Assembly: GCF_964355755.1 (NCBI RefSeq)
Contig: NC_092676.1
Span: 13,192,771 to 13,256,770, forward strand
Length of the DNA: 64,000 nucleotides
Source of the DNA: Antedon mediterranea
Taxonomy: Eukaryota; Animalia; Echinodermata
Direction of reading: 5' to 3'
In this document: positions 52,241 to 64,000 of the stretch, piece after piece
How positions within the stretch are numbered: position 1 is the stretch's first letter
How the letters are laid out: the number at the start of each line of letters is the position of its first letter
Position numbers and translations under genes: made by a program
Notes under the pieces: model-generated
Told to the model about the DNA's origin: nothing
Seen by the model: only the letters and a program-made list of their open reading frames with translations
Database searches by the model: none

Positions 52241-55059
52241 GAGAATTTTGAGCATTTCGATAAAACTTTTCACACAAAAACATCAAAGTGTACAAAATAG
52301 CTTCAAATCACATTTGAAACCGTTTTAGACCATTTTGAGCATTTCGATAAAACTTTTCACACAAAAACATCAAAGTGTACAAAATAGCTTCAAATCGCAT
52401 TTGAAACCGTTTTAGACCATTTTGAGCATTTCGATAAAACTTTTCACACAAAAACATCAAAGTGTTTAGAATATCTCCAAATCGCATTTAGAGACGTTTT
52501 AGACCATTTTGGGCATTTCGATGGAACTTGGTTACACAAAAACATCAAAGTGCTTAAAATCACATTTAAAACCGTTTTAGAGCATTTTGAGCATTTCGAT
52601 AAAACTTTTCACACAAAAACATCAAAGTGTACAAAATAGCTTCAAATCGCATTTAGAGAGGTTTTAGACCATTTTGTGCATTTCGATAAAACTTTTCACA
52701 CAAAAACATCAAAGTGTACAAAATAACTTCAAATCGTATTTAGAGACGTTTTAGACCATTTTGTGCATTTTGATAAAACTTTTCACACAAAAACATCAAA
52801 TTGCACAAAATAGCTTAATATCGTGTTTGAAAACGTTTTAAACCATTTTGAGCATGTCGATAAAACTTTTCACACAAAAACATCAAATTGCACAAAATAG
52901 CTTAATATCGTGTTTGAAAACGTTTTAAACCATTTTGAGCATGTCGATAAAACTTTTCACACAAAAATATCAAAGTGCACAGAATATCTTCAAATCGCAT
53001 TTAGAGACGTTTTAGACCATTTTGTGCATTTCGAAAAAATTTGTTAACATAAAAAGACCAAAGTGTTTAGAATATCTCCAAATCGCATTTGGAGACGTTT
53101 TAGACCATTTTGTGCATTTCAATGAAACTTGGTTACACAAAAACATCAAAGTGCTTAAAATCACATTTGAAACCGTTTTAGAGCATTTTTAGCATTTCGA
53201 TAATACTTTTTACACAAAAACATCAAAGTGTACAAAATAGCTTCAAATCGCATTTGGAGACGTTTTAGACCATTTTGTGCATTTCGATGAAACTTGGTTA
53301 CACAAAAACATCAAAGTGCTTAAAATCGCATTTGGAGACGTTTTAGACTATTTTGTGCATTTCGAAAAAATTTGTTAACATAAAAAGACCAAAGTGTTTA
53401 GAATAACTCCAAATCGCATTTGGAGACGTTTTAAACCATTTTGTGCATTTCGATGGAACTTGGTTACACAAAAACATCAAAGTGCTTAAAATCACATTTA
53501 AAACCGTTTTAGAGCATTTTGAGCATTTCGATAAAACTTTTCACACAAAAACATAAAAGTGTACAAAATAGCTTCAAATCGCATTTAGAGAGGTTTTAGA
53601 CCATTTTGTGCATTTCGATAAAACTTTTCACACAAAAACATCAAAGTGTACAAAATAGCTTCAAATCGCATTTAGAGACGTTTTAGATTATTTTGTGCAT
53701 TTCGATAAAACTTTTCACACAAAAACATCAAATTGCACAAAATAGCTTAATACCGTGTTTGAAATCGTTTTAAACCATTTTGAGCATGTCGATAAAACTT
53801 TTCACAAAAAAACATCAAAGTGCACAGAATAGCTTCAAATCGCATTTGGAGACGTTTTAAACCATTTTGAGCATTTAGATAAAACTTTTCACACAAAAAC
53901 ATCAAAGTGTACAAAATAGCTTCAAATCGCATTTAGAGAGGTTTTAGACCATTTTGTGCATTTCGATAAGACTTTTCACACAAAAACATCAAATTGCACA
54001 AAATAGCTTAATATCGTGTTTGAAAACGTTTTAAACCATTTTGAGCATGTCGATAAAACTTTTCACACAAAAATATCAAAGTGCACAGAATATCTTCAAA
54101 TCGCATTTAGAGACGTTTTAGACCATTTTGTGCATTTCGAAAAAATTTGTTAACATAAAAAGACCAAACTGTTTAGAATATCTCCAAATCGCATTTGGAG
54201 ACGTTTTAGACCATTTTGTGCATTTCGATGAAACTTGGTTACACAAAAACATCAAAGTGCTTAGAATAGCTTCAAATCGCATTTGGAGACGTTTTAGACC
54301 ATTTTGTGCATTTCGATGAAACTTGGTTACACAAAAACATCAAAGTGCTTAAAATCACATTTAAAACCGTTTTAGAGCGTTTTGAGCATTTCGATAAACT
54401 TTTCACACAAAAACATCAAAGTGCACAAAATAGCTTCAAATCGCATTTACAGATGTTTTAGACCATTTTGTGCATTTCGATGAAACTTTTCACACAAAAA
54501 CATCAAATTGCACAAAATAGCTTAATATCGTGTTTGAAATCGTTTTAAACCATTTTGAGCATGTCGATAAAACTTTTCACACAAAAACATCAAAGTGCAC
54601 AGAATATCTTCAAATCGCATTTGGAGACGTTTTAGACCATTTTGTGCATTTCGATGAAACTTGGTTACACAAAAACATCAAAGTGCTTAAAATCACATTT
54701 GAAACCGTTTTAGAGCATTTTGAGCATTTCGATAAAACTTTTCACACAAAAACATCAAAGTGTACAAAATAGCTTCAAATCACATTTGAAACCGTTTTAG
54801 ACCATTTTGAGCATTTCGATAAAACTTTTCACACAAAAACATCAAAGTGTACAAAATAGCTTCAAATCGCATTTGGAGACGTTTTAGACCATTTTGTGCA
54901 TTTCGATGAAACTTGGTTACACAAAAACATCAAAGTGCTTAAAATCACATTTGAAACCGTTTTAGAGCATTTTTAGCATTTCAATAATACTTTTCACACA
55001 AAAACATCAAAGTGTACAAAATAGCTTCAAATCGCATTTGGAGACGTTTTAGACCATTT

Positions 55060-58000
55060 TGTGCATTTCGATGAAACTTGGTTACACAAAAACATCAAAG
55101 TGCTTAAAATCACATTTGAAACCGTTTTAGACCATTTTGAGCATTTCGATAAAACTTTTCACACAAAAAAATCAAAGTGCACAAAATAGCTTCAAATCGC
55201 ATTTGGAGACGTTTTAGACTATTTTGTGCATTTCGAAAAAATCTGTTAACATAAAAAGACCAAAGTGTTTAGAATATCTCCAAATCGCATTTGGAGACGT
55301 TTTAAACCATTATGTGCATTTCGATGGAACTTGGTTACACAAAAACATCAAAGTGCTTAAAATCACATTTAAAACCGTTTTAGAGCATTTTGAGCATTTC
55401 GATAAAACTTTTCACACAAAAACATCAAAGTGTACAAAATAGCTTCAAATCTAATTTAGAGAGGTTTTAGACCATTTTGTGCATTTCGATAAAACTTTTC
55501 ACACAAAAACATCAAAGTGTACAAAATAACTTCAAATCGTATTTAGAGACGTTTTAGACCATTTTGTGCATTTTGATAAAACTTTTCACACAAAAACATC
55601 AAATTGCACAAAATAGCTTAATATCGTGTTTGAAAACGTTTTAAACCATTTTGAGCATGTCGATAAAACTTTTCACACAAAAATATCAAAGTGCACAGAA
55701 TATCTTCAAATCGCATTTAGAGACGTTTTAGACCATTTTGTGCATTCGAAAAAATTTGTTAACATAAAAAGACCAAAGTGTTTAGAATATCTCCAAATCG
55801 CATTTGGAGACGTTTTAGACCATTTTGTGTTTTTCGAAAAAACTTTTCACACAAAAACATCAAAGTGTACAAAATTCCTTCAAATCGCATTTGGAGACGT
55901 TTTAGACCATTTTGTGATTTTCGAAAAACTTTTCACACAAAAACATCAAAGTGTAGAAAATTGCTTCAAATCGCATTTAGAGATGTTTTAGACCATTTTG
56001 TGCATTTCGAAAAAATTTGTTAACATAAAAAGACCAAAGTGTTTATAATATCTCCAAATCGCATTTGGAGACGTTTTAGACCATTTTGTGCATTTCGATG
56101 ACACTTGGTTACACAAAAACATCAAAGTGCTTAAAATCACATTTAAAACCGTTTTAGAGCGTTTTGAGCATTTCGATAAACTTTTCAAACAAAAACATCC
56201 AAGTGTACAAAATAGCTTCAAATCGTATTTGGAGACGTTTTAGACCATTTTGTGCGTTTCGATGAATCTTGGTTACATAAAAACATCAAAGTGCTTAAAA
56301 TCACATTTAAAACCGTTTTAGTGCATTTTGAGCATTTCGAAAAAACTTTTCACACAAAAACATCAAAGTGCACAAAATAGCTTCAAATCGCATTTAGAGA
56401 TGTTTTAGACCATTTTGTGCGTTTCGATAAAACTTTTCACACAAAAACATCCAATTGCACAAAATAGCTTCAAATCGCATTTGGAGACGTTTTAGACCAT
56501 TTTGTGCATTTCGAAAAAACTTTTTAACATAAAAACACCAAAGTGCTTAGAATAGCTTCAAATCGCATTTGGAGACGTTTTAGACCATTTTGTGCATTTC
56601 GATGAAACTTGGTTACACAAAAACATCAAAGTGCTTAAAATCACATTTGAAACCGTTTTAGAGCATTTTGAGCATTTCGATAAAACTTTTCACACAAAAA
56701 CATCAAAGTGTACAAAATAGCTTCAAATCACATTTGAAACCGTTTTAGACCATTTTGAGCATTTCGATAAAACTTTTCACACAAAAACATCAAAGTGTAC
56801 AAAATAGCTTCAAATCACATTTGAAACCGTTTTAGACCATTTTGAGCATTTCGATAAAACTTTTCACACAAAAACATCAAAGTGTACAAAATAGCTTCAA
56901 ATCGCATTTGGAGACGTTTTAGACCATTTTGTGCATTTCGATGAAACTTGGTTACACAAAAACATCAAAGTGCTTAAAATTACATTTGAAAGCGTTTTAG
57001 AGCATTTTGAGCATTTCGATAATACTTTTCACACAAAAACATCAAATTGCACAAAATAGCTTAATATTGTGTTTGAAAACGTTTTAAACCATTTTGAGCA
57101 TGTCGATAAAACTTTTCACACAAAAATATCAAAGTGCACAGAATATCTTCAAATCGCATTTGGAGACGTTTTAGACCATTTTGTGTTTTTCGAAAAAACT
57201 TTTCACACAAAAACATCAAAGTGCTTAAAATCACATTTAAAACCGTTTTAGAGCATTTTGAGCATTTCGATAAAACTTTTCACACAAAAACATAAAAGTG
57301 TACAAAATAGCTTCAAATCGCATTTAGAGAGGTTTTAGACCATTTTGTGCATTTCGATAAAACTTTTCACACAAAAACATCAAAGTGTACAAAATAGCTT
57401 CAAATCGCATTTAGAGACGTTTTAGACCATTTTGTGCATTTCGATAAAACTTTTCACACAAAAACATCAAATTGCACAAAATAGCTTAATACCGTGTTTG
57501 AAATCGTTTTAAACCATTTTGAGCATGTCGATAAAACTTTTCACAAAAAAACATCAAAGTGCACAGAATAGCTTCAAATCGCATTTGGAGACGTTTTAAA
57601 CCATTTTGAGCATTTCGATAAAACTTTTCACACAAAAACATCAAAGTGTACAAAATAGCTTCAAATCGCATTTAGAGAGGTTTTAGACCATTTTGTGCAT
57701 TTCGATAAGACTTTTCACACAAAAACATCAAATTGCACAAAATAGCTTAATATCGTGTTTGAAAACGTTTTAAACCATTTTGAGCATGTCGATAAAACTT
57801 TTCACACAAAAATATCAAAGTGCACAGAATATCTTCAAATCGCATTTAGAGACGTTTTAGACCATTTTGTGCATTTCGAAAAAATTTGTTAACATAAAAA
57901 GACCAAAGTGTTTAGAATATCTCCAAATCGCATTTGGAGACGTTTTAGACCATTTTGTGCATTTCGATGAAACTTGGTTACACAAAAACATCAAAGTGCT

Positions 58001-61000
58001 TAAAATCACATTTGAAACCGTTTTAGACCATTTTGAGCATTTCGATAAAACTTTTCACACAAAAAAATCAAAGTGCACAAAATAGCTTCAAATCGCATTT
58101 GGAGACGTTTTAGACTATTTTGTGCATTTCGAAAAAATCTGTTAACATAAAAAGACCAAAGTGTTTAGAATATCTCCAAATCGCATTTGGAGACGTTTTA
58201 AACCATTATGTGCATTTCGATGGAACTTGGTTACACAAAAACATCAAAGTGCTTAAAATCACATTTAAAACCGTTTTAGAGCATTTTGAGCATTTCGATA
58301 AAACTTTTCACACAAAAACATCAAAGTGTACAAAATAGCTTCAAATCGCATTTAGAGAGGTTTTAGACCATTTTGTGCATTTCGATAAAACTTTTCACAC
58401 AAAAACATCAAAGTGTACAAAATAACTTCAAATCGTATTTAGAGACGTTTTAGACCATTTTGTGCATTTTGATAAAACTTTTCACACAAAAACATCAAAT
58501 TGCACAAAATAGCTTAATATCGTGTTTGAAAACGTTTTAAACCATTTTGAGCATGTCGATAAAACTTTTCACACAAAAATATCAAAGTGCACAGAATATC
58601 TTCAAATCGCATTTAGAGACGTTTTAGACCATTTTGTGCATTCGAAAAAATTTGTTAACATAAAAAGACCAAAGTGTTTAGAATATCTCCAAATCGCATT
58701 TGGAGACGTTTTAGACCATTTTGTGTTTTTCGAAAAAACTTTTCACACAAAAACATCAAAGTGTACAAAATTCCTTCAAATCGCATTTGGAGACGTTTTA
58801 GACCATTTTGTGATTTTCGAAAAACTTTTCACACAAAAACATCAAAGTGTAGAAAATTGCTTCAAATCGCATTTAGAGATGTTTTAGACCATTTTGTGCA
58901 TTTCGAAAAAATTTGTTAACATAAAAAGACCAAAGTGTTTATAATATCTCCAAATCGCATTTGGAGACGTTTTAGACCATTTTGTGCATTTCGATGACAC
59001 TTGGTTACACAAAAACATCAAAGTGCTTAAAATCACATTTAAAACCGTTTTAGAGCGTTTTGAGCATTTCGATAAACTTTTCAAACAAAAACATCCAAGT
59101 GTACAAAATAGCTTCAAATCGTATTTGGAGACGTTTTAGACCATTTTGTGCGTTTCGATGAATCTTGGTTACATAAAAACATCAAAGTGCTTAAAATCAC
59201 ATTTAAAACCGTTTTAGTGCATTTTGAGCATTTCGAAAAAACTTTTCACACAAAAACATCAAAGTGCACAAAATAGCTTCAAATCGCATTTAGAGATGTT
59301 TTAGACCATTTTGTGCGTTTCGATAAAACTTTTCACACAAAAACGTCAAATTGCACAAAATAGCTTCAAATCGCATTTGGAGACGTTTTAGACCATTTTG
59401 TGCATTTCGAAAAAACTTTTTAACATAAAAACACCAAAGTGCTTAGAATAGCTTCAAATCGCATTTGGAGACGTTTTAGACCATTTTGTGCATTTCGATG
59501 AAACTTGGTTACACAAAAACATCAAAGTGCTTAAAATCACATTTGAAACCGTTTTAGAGCATTTTGAGCATTTCGATAAAACTTTTCACACAAAAACATC
59601 AAAGTGTACAAAATAGCTTCAAATCACATTTGAAACCGTTTTAGACCATTTTGAGCATTTCGATAAAACTTTTCACACAAAAACATCAAAGTGTACAAAA
59701 TAGCTTCAAATCACATTTGAAACCGTTTTAGACCATTTTGAGCATTTCGATAAAACTTTTCACACAAAAACATCAAAGTGTACAAAATAGCTTCAAATCG
59801 CATTTGGAGACGTTTTAGACCATTTTGTGCATTTCGATGAAACTTGGTTACACAAAAACATCAAAGTGCTTAAAATTACATTTGAAAGCGTTTTAGAGCA
59901 TTTTGAGCATTTCGATAATACTTTTCACACAAAAACATCAAATTGCACAAAATAGCTTAATATTGTGTTTGAAAACGTTTTAAACCATTTTGAGCATGTC
60001 GATAAAACTTTTCACACAAAAATATCAAAGTGCACAGAATATCTTCAAATCGCATTTGGAGACGTTTTAGACCATTTTGTGTTTTTCGAAAAAACTTTTC
60101 ACACAAAAACATCAAAGTGCTTAAAATCACATTTAAAACCGTTTTAGAGCATTTTGAGCATTTCGATAAAACTTTTCACACAAAAACATAAAAGTGTACA
60201 AAATAGCTTCAAATCGCATTTAGAGAGGTTTTAGACCATTTTGTGCATTTCGATAAAACTTTTCACACAAAAACATCAAAGTGTACAAAATAGCTTCAAA
60301 TCGCATTTAGAGACGTTTTAGACCATTTTGTGCATTTCGATAAAACTTTTCACACAAAAACATCAAATTGCACAAAATAGCTTAATACCGTGTTTGAAAT
60401 CGTTTTAAACCATTTTGAGCATGTCGATAAAACTTTTCACAAAAAAACATCAAAGTGCACAGAATAGCTTCAAATCGCATTTGGAGACGTTTTAAACCAT
60501 TTTGAGCATTTCGATAAAACTTTTCACACAAAAACATCAAAGTGTACAAAATAGCTTCAAATCGCATTTAGAGAGGTTTTAGACCATTTTGTGCATTTCG
60601 ATAAGACTTTTCACACAAAAACATCAAATTGCACAAAATAGCTTAATATCGTGTTTGAAAACGTTTTAAACCATTTTGAGCATGTCGATAAAACTTTTCA
60701 CACAAAAATATCAAAGTGCACAGAATATCTTCAAATCGCATTTAGAGACGTTTTAGACCATTTTGTGCATTTCGAAAAAATTTGTTAACATAAAAAGACC
60801 AAAGTGTTTAGAATATCTCCAAATCGCATTTGGAGACGTTTTAGACCATTTTGTGCATTTCGATGAAACTTGGTTACACAAAAACATCAAAGTGCTTAAA
60901 ATCACATTTGAAACCGTTTTAGACCATTTTGAGCGTTTCGATAAAACTTTTCACACAAATAAATCAGAGTGCACAAAATAGCTTCAAATCGCATTTGGAG

Positions 61001-64000
61001 ACGTTTTAGACTATTTTGTGCATTTCGAAAAAATTTGTTAACATAAAAAGACCAAAGTGTTTAGAATATCTCCAAATCGCATTTGGAGACGTTTTAAACC
61101 ATTTTGTGCATTTCGATGGAACTTGGTTACACAAAAACATCAAAGTGCTTAAAATCACATTTAAAACCGTTTTAGAGCATTTTGAGCATTTCGATAAAAC
61201 TTTTCACACAAAAACATCAAAGTGTACAAAATAGCTTCAAATCGCATTTGGAGACGTTTTAGACCATTTTGTGCATTTCGATGAAACTTGGTTACACAAA
61301 AACATCAAAGTGCTTAAAATTACATTTGAAAGCGTTTTAGAGCATTTTGAGCATTTCGATAATACTTTTCACACAAAAACATCAAATTGCACAAAATAGC
61401 TTAATATTGTGTTTGAAAACGTTTTAAACCATTTTGAGCATGTCGATAAAACTTTTCACACAAAAACTTCAAAGTGTACAAAATAGCTTCAAATCGCATT
61501 TGGAGACGTTTTAGACCATTTTGTGCATTTCGATGAAACTTGGTTACACAAAAACATCAAAGTGCTTAAAATTACATTTGAAAGCGTTTTAGAGCATTTT
61601 GAGCATTTCGATAATACTTTTCACACAAAAACATCAAATTGCACAAAATAGCTTAATATTGTGTTTGAAAACGTTTTAAACCATTTTGAGCATGTCGATA
61701 AAACTTTTCACACAAAAATATCAAAGTGCACAGAATATCTTCAAATCGCATTTGGAGACGTTTTAGACCATTTTGTGTTTTTCGAAAAAACTTTTCACAC
61801 AAAAACATCAAAGTGCTTAAAATCACATTTAAAACCGTTTTAGAGCATTTTGAGCATTTCGATAAAACTTTTCACACAAAAACATAAAAGTGTACAAAAT
61901 AGCTTCAAATCGCATTTAGAGAGGTTTTAGACCATTTTGTGCATTTCGATAAAACTTTTCACACAAAAACATCAAAGTGTACAAAATAGCTTCAAATCGC
62001 ATTTAGAGACGTTTTAGACCATTTTGTGCATTTCGATAAAACTTTTCACACAAAAACATCAAATTGCACAAAATAGCTTAATACCGTGTTTGAAATCGTT
62101 TTAAACCATTTTGAGCATGTCGATAAAACTTTTCACAAAAAAACATCAAAGTGCACAGAATAGCTTCAAATCGCATTTGGAGACGTTTTAAACCATTTTG
62201 AGCATTTCGATAAAACTTTTCACACAAAAACATCAAAGTGTACAAAATAGCTTCAAATCGCATTTAGAGAGGTTTTAGACCATTTTGTGCATTTCGATAA
62301 GACTTTTCACACAAAAACATCAAATTGCACAAAATAGCTTAATATCGTGTTTGAAAACGTTTTAAACCATTTTGAGCATGTCGATAAAACTTTTCACACA
62401 AAAATATCAAAGTGCACAGAATATCTTCAAATCGCATTTAGAGACGTTTTAGACCATTTTGTGCATTTCGAAAAAATTTGTTAACATAAAAAGACCAAAG
62501 TGTTTAGAATATCTCCAAATCGCATTTGGAGACGTTTTAGACCATTTTGTGCATTTCGATGAAACTTGGTTACACAAAAACATCAAAGTGCTTAAAATCA
62601 CATTTGAAACCGTTTTAGACCATTTTGAGCATTTCGATAAAACTTTTCACACAAAAAAATCAAAGTGCACAAAATAGCTTCAAATCGCATTTGGAGACGT
62701 TTTAGACTATTTTGTGCATTTCGAAAAAATCTGTTAACATAAAAAGACCAAAGTGTTTAGAATATCTCCAAATCGCATTTGGAGACGTTTTAAACCATTA
62801 TGTGCATTTCGATGGAACTTGGTTACACAAAAACATCAAAGTGCTTAAAATCACATTTAAAACCGTTTTAGAGCATTTTGAGCATTTCGATAAAACTTTT
62901 CACACAAAAACATCAAAGTGTACAAAATAGCTTCAAATCGCATTTAGAGAGGTTTTAGACCATTTTGTGCATTTCGATAAAACTTTTCACACAAAAACAT
63001 CAAAGTGTACAAAATAACTTCAAATCGTATTTAGAGACGTTTTAGACCATTTTGTGCATTTTGATAAAACTTTTCACACAAAAACATCAAATTGCACAAA
63101 ATAGCTTAATATCGTGTTTGAAAACGTTTTAAACCATTTTGAGCATGTCGATAAAACTTTTCACACAAAAATATCAAAGTGCACAGAATATCTTCAAATC
63201 GCATTTAGAGACGTTTTAGACCATTTTGTGCATTCGAAAAAATTTGTTAACATAAAAAGACCAAAGTGTTTAGAATATCTCCAAATCGCATTTGGAGACG
63301 TTTTAGACCATTTTGTGTTTTTCGAAAAAACTTTTCACACAAAAACATCAAAGTGTACAAAATTCCTTCAAATCGCATTTGGAGACGTTTTAGACCATTT
63401 TGTGATTTTCGAAAAACTTTTCACACAAAAACATCAAAGTGTAGAAAATTGCTTCAAATCGCATTTAGAGATGTTTTAGACCATTTTGTGCATTTCGAAA
63501 AAATTTGTTAACATAAAAAGACCAAAGTGTTTATAATATCTCCAAATCGCATTTGGAGACGTTTTAGACCATTTTGTGCATTTCGATGACACTTGGTTAC
63601 ACAAAAACATCAAAGTGCTTAAAATCACATTTAAAACCGTTTTAGAGCGTTTTGAGCATTTCGATAAACTTTTCAAACAAAAACATCCAAGTGTACAAAA
63701 TAGCTTCAAATCGTATTTGGAGACGTTTTAGACCATTTTGTGCGTTTCGATGAATCTTGGTTACATAAAAACATCAAAGTGCTTAAAATCACATTTAAAA
63801 CCGTTTTAGTGCATTTTGAGCATTTCGAAAAAACTTTTCACACAAAAACATCAAAGTGCACAAAATAGCTTCAAATCGCATTTAGAGATGTTTTAGACCA
63901 TTTTGTGCGTTTCGATAAAACTTTTCACACAAAAACATCAAATTGCACAAAATAGCTTCAAATCGCATTTGGAGACGTTTTAGACCATTTTGTGCATTTC
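55060..64000 (+). repeat. 2896-bp higher-order repeat, two tandem copies plus a third displaced copy (boundaries approximate)
   Basis: Offsets 55224/58120, 55626/58522, 57069/59965 and 57867/60763 (2896); third copy at +4592 (58120/62712, 58522/63114). Private variants AAAATCTGTT, CATTATGTGC, GTGCATTCG, GTTTATAATATC, CATCCAAGTG. Confidence 0.85.

Larger units (their letters stand above)
29741..64000. repeat. Satellite DNA array, segment 3 (continues past the window end)
   Basis: Same monomer families; no non-satellite sequence seen. Confidence 0.98.

Noticed and set aside
205-63709. More than 100 short ORFs such as MCISKKFVNIKRPKCLEYLQIAFGDVLDHF...
   Set aside because: Translations of satellite monomers. 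They mostly start at TTG/GTG, show no recognisable domain, and are freely broken by stops and indels among copies.
1-64000. CRISPR-like array or repeat-protein gene
   Set aside because: Monomers are contiguous with no unique spacers, there are no cas genes, the context is eukaryotic retroelements, and the main frame has a TAG in most monomers.

Overview
Eukaryotic, AT-rich tandem satellite array that fills about 55 of the 64 kb. It is built from 87-, 88-, 78- and 86-bp monomer variants in semi-fixed orders, with kb-scale internal duplications (700, 1862, 2896 and about 5265 bp), which resembles a (peri)centromeric array. Two young retroelements interrupt it. (1) An apparently intact 6.5-kb Ngaro-type tyrosine-recombinase retrotransposon (about 3506-10021, +) with split direct repeats A1...B1-A2-spacer-B2. 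It encodes an SGNH hydrolase placed upstream of gag, then gag (Zn finger), RT/RNase H and YR. It sits without a target-site duplication in a rare A8-containing monomer variant whose empty paralogues are in the same window. The sequence also suggests an in-frame gag-to-YR splice, a +1 frameshift from gag into RT, and an att-like inverted-repeat structure centred on the B/A junction. (2) A 5'-truncated Rex1/Babar-like LINE (27051-29740, -) with a hexamer tail, no TSD and an adjacent satellite rearrangement. The many short repeated ORFs in the track are satellite translation artefacts. All alignments were done by eye, and the host species cannot be determined.
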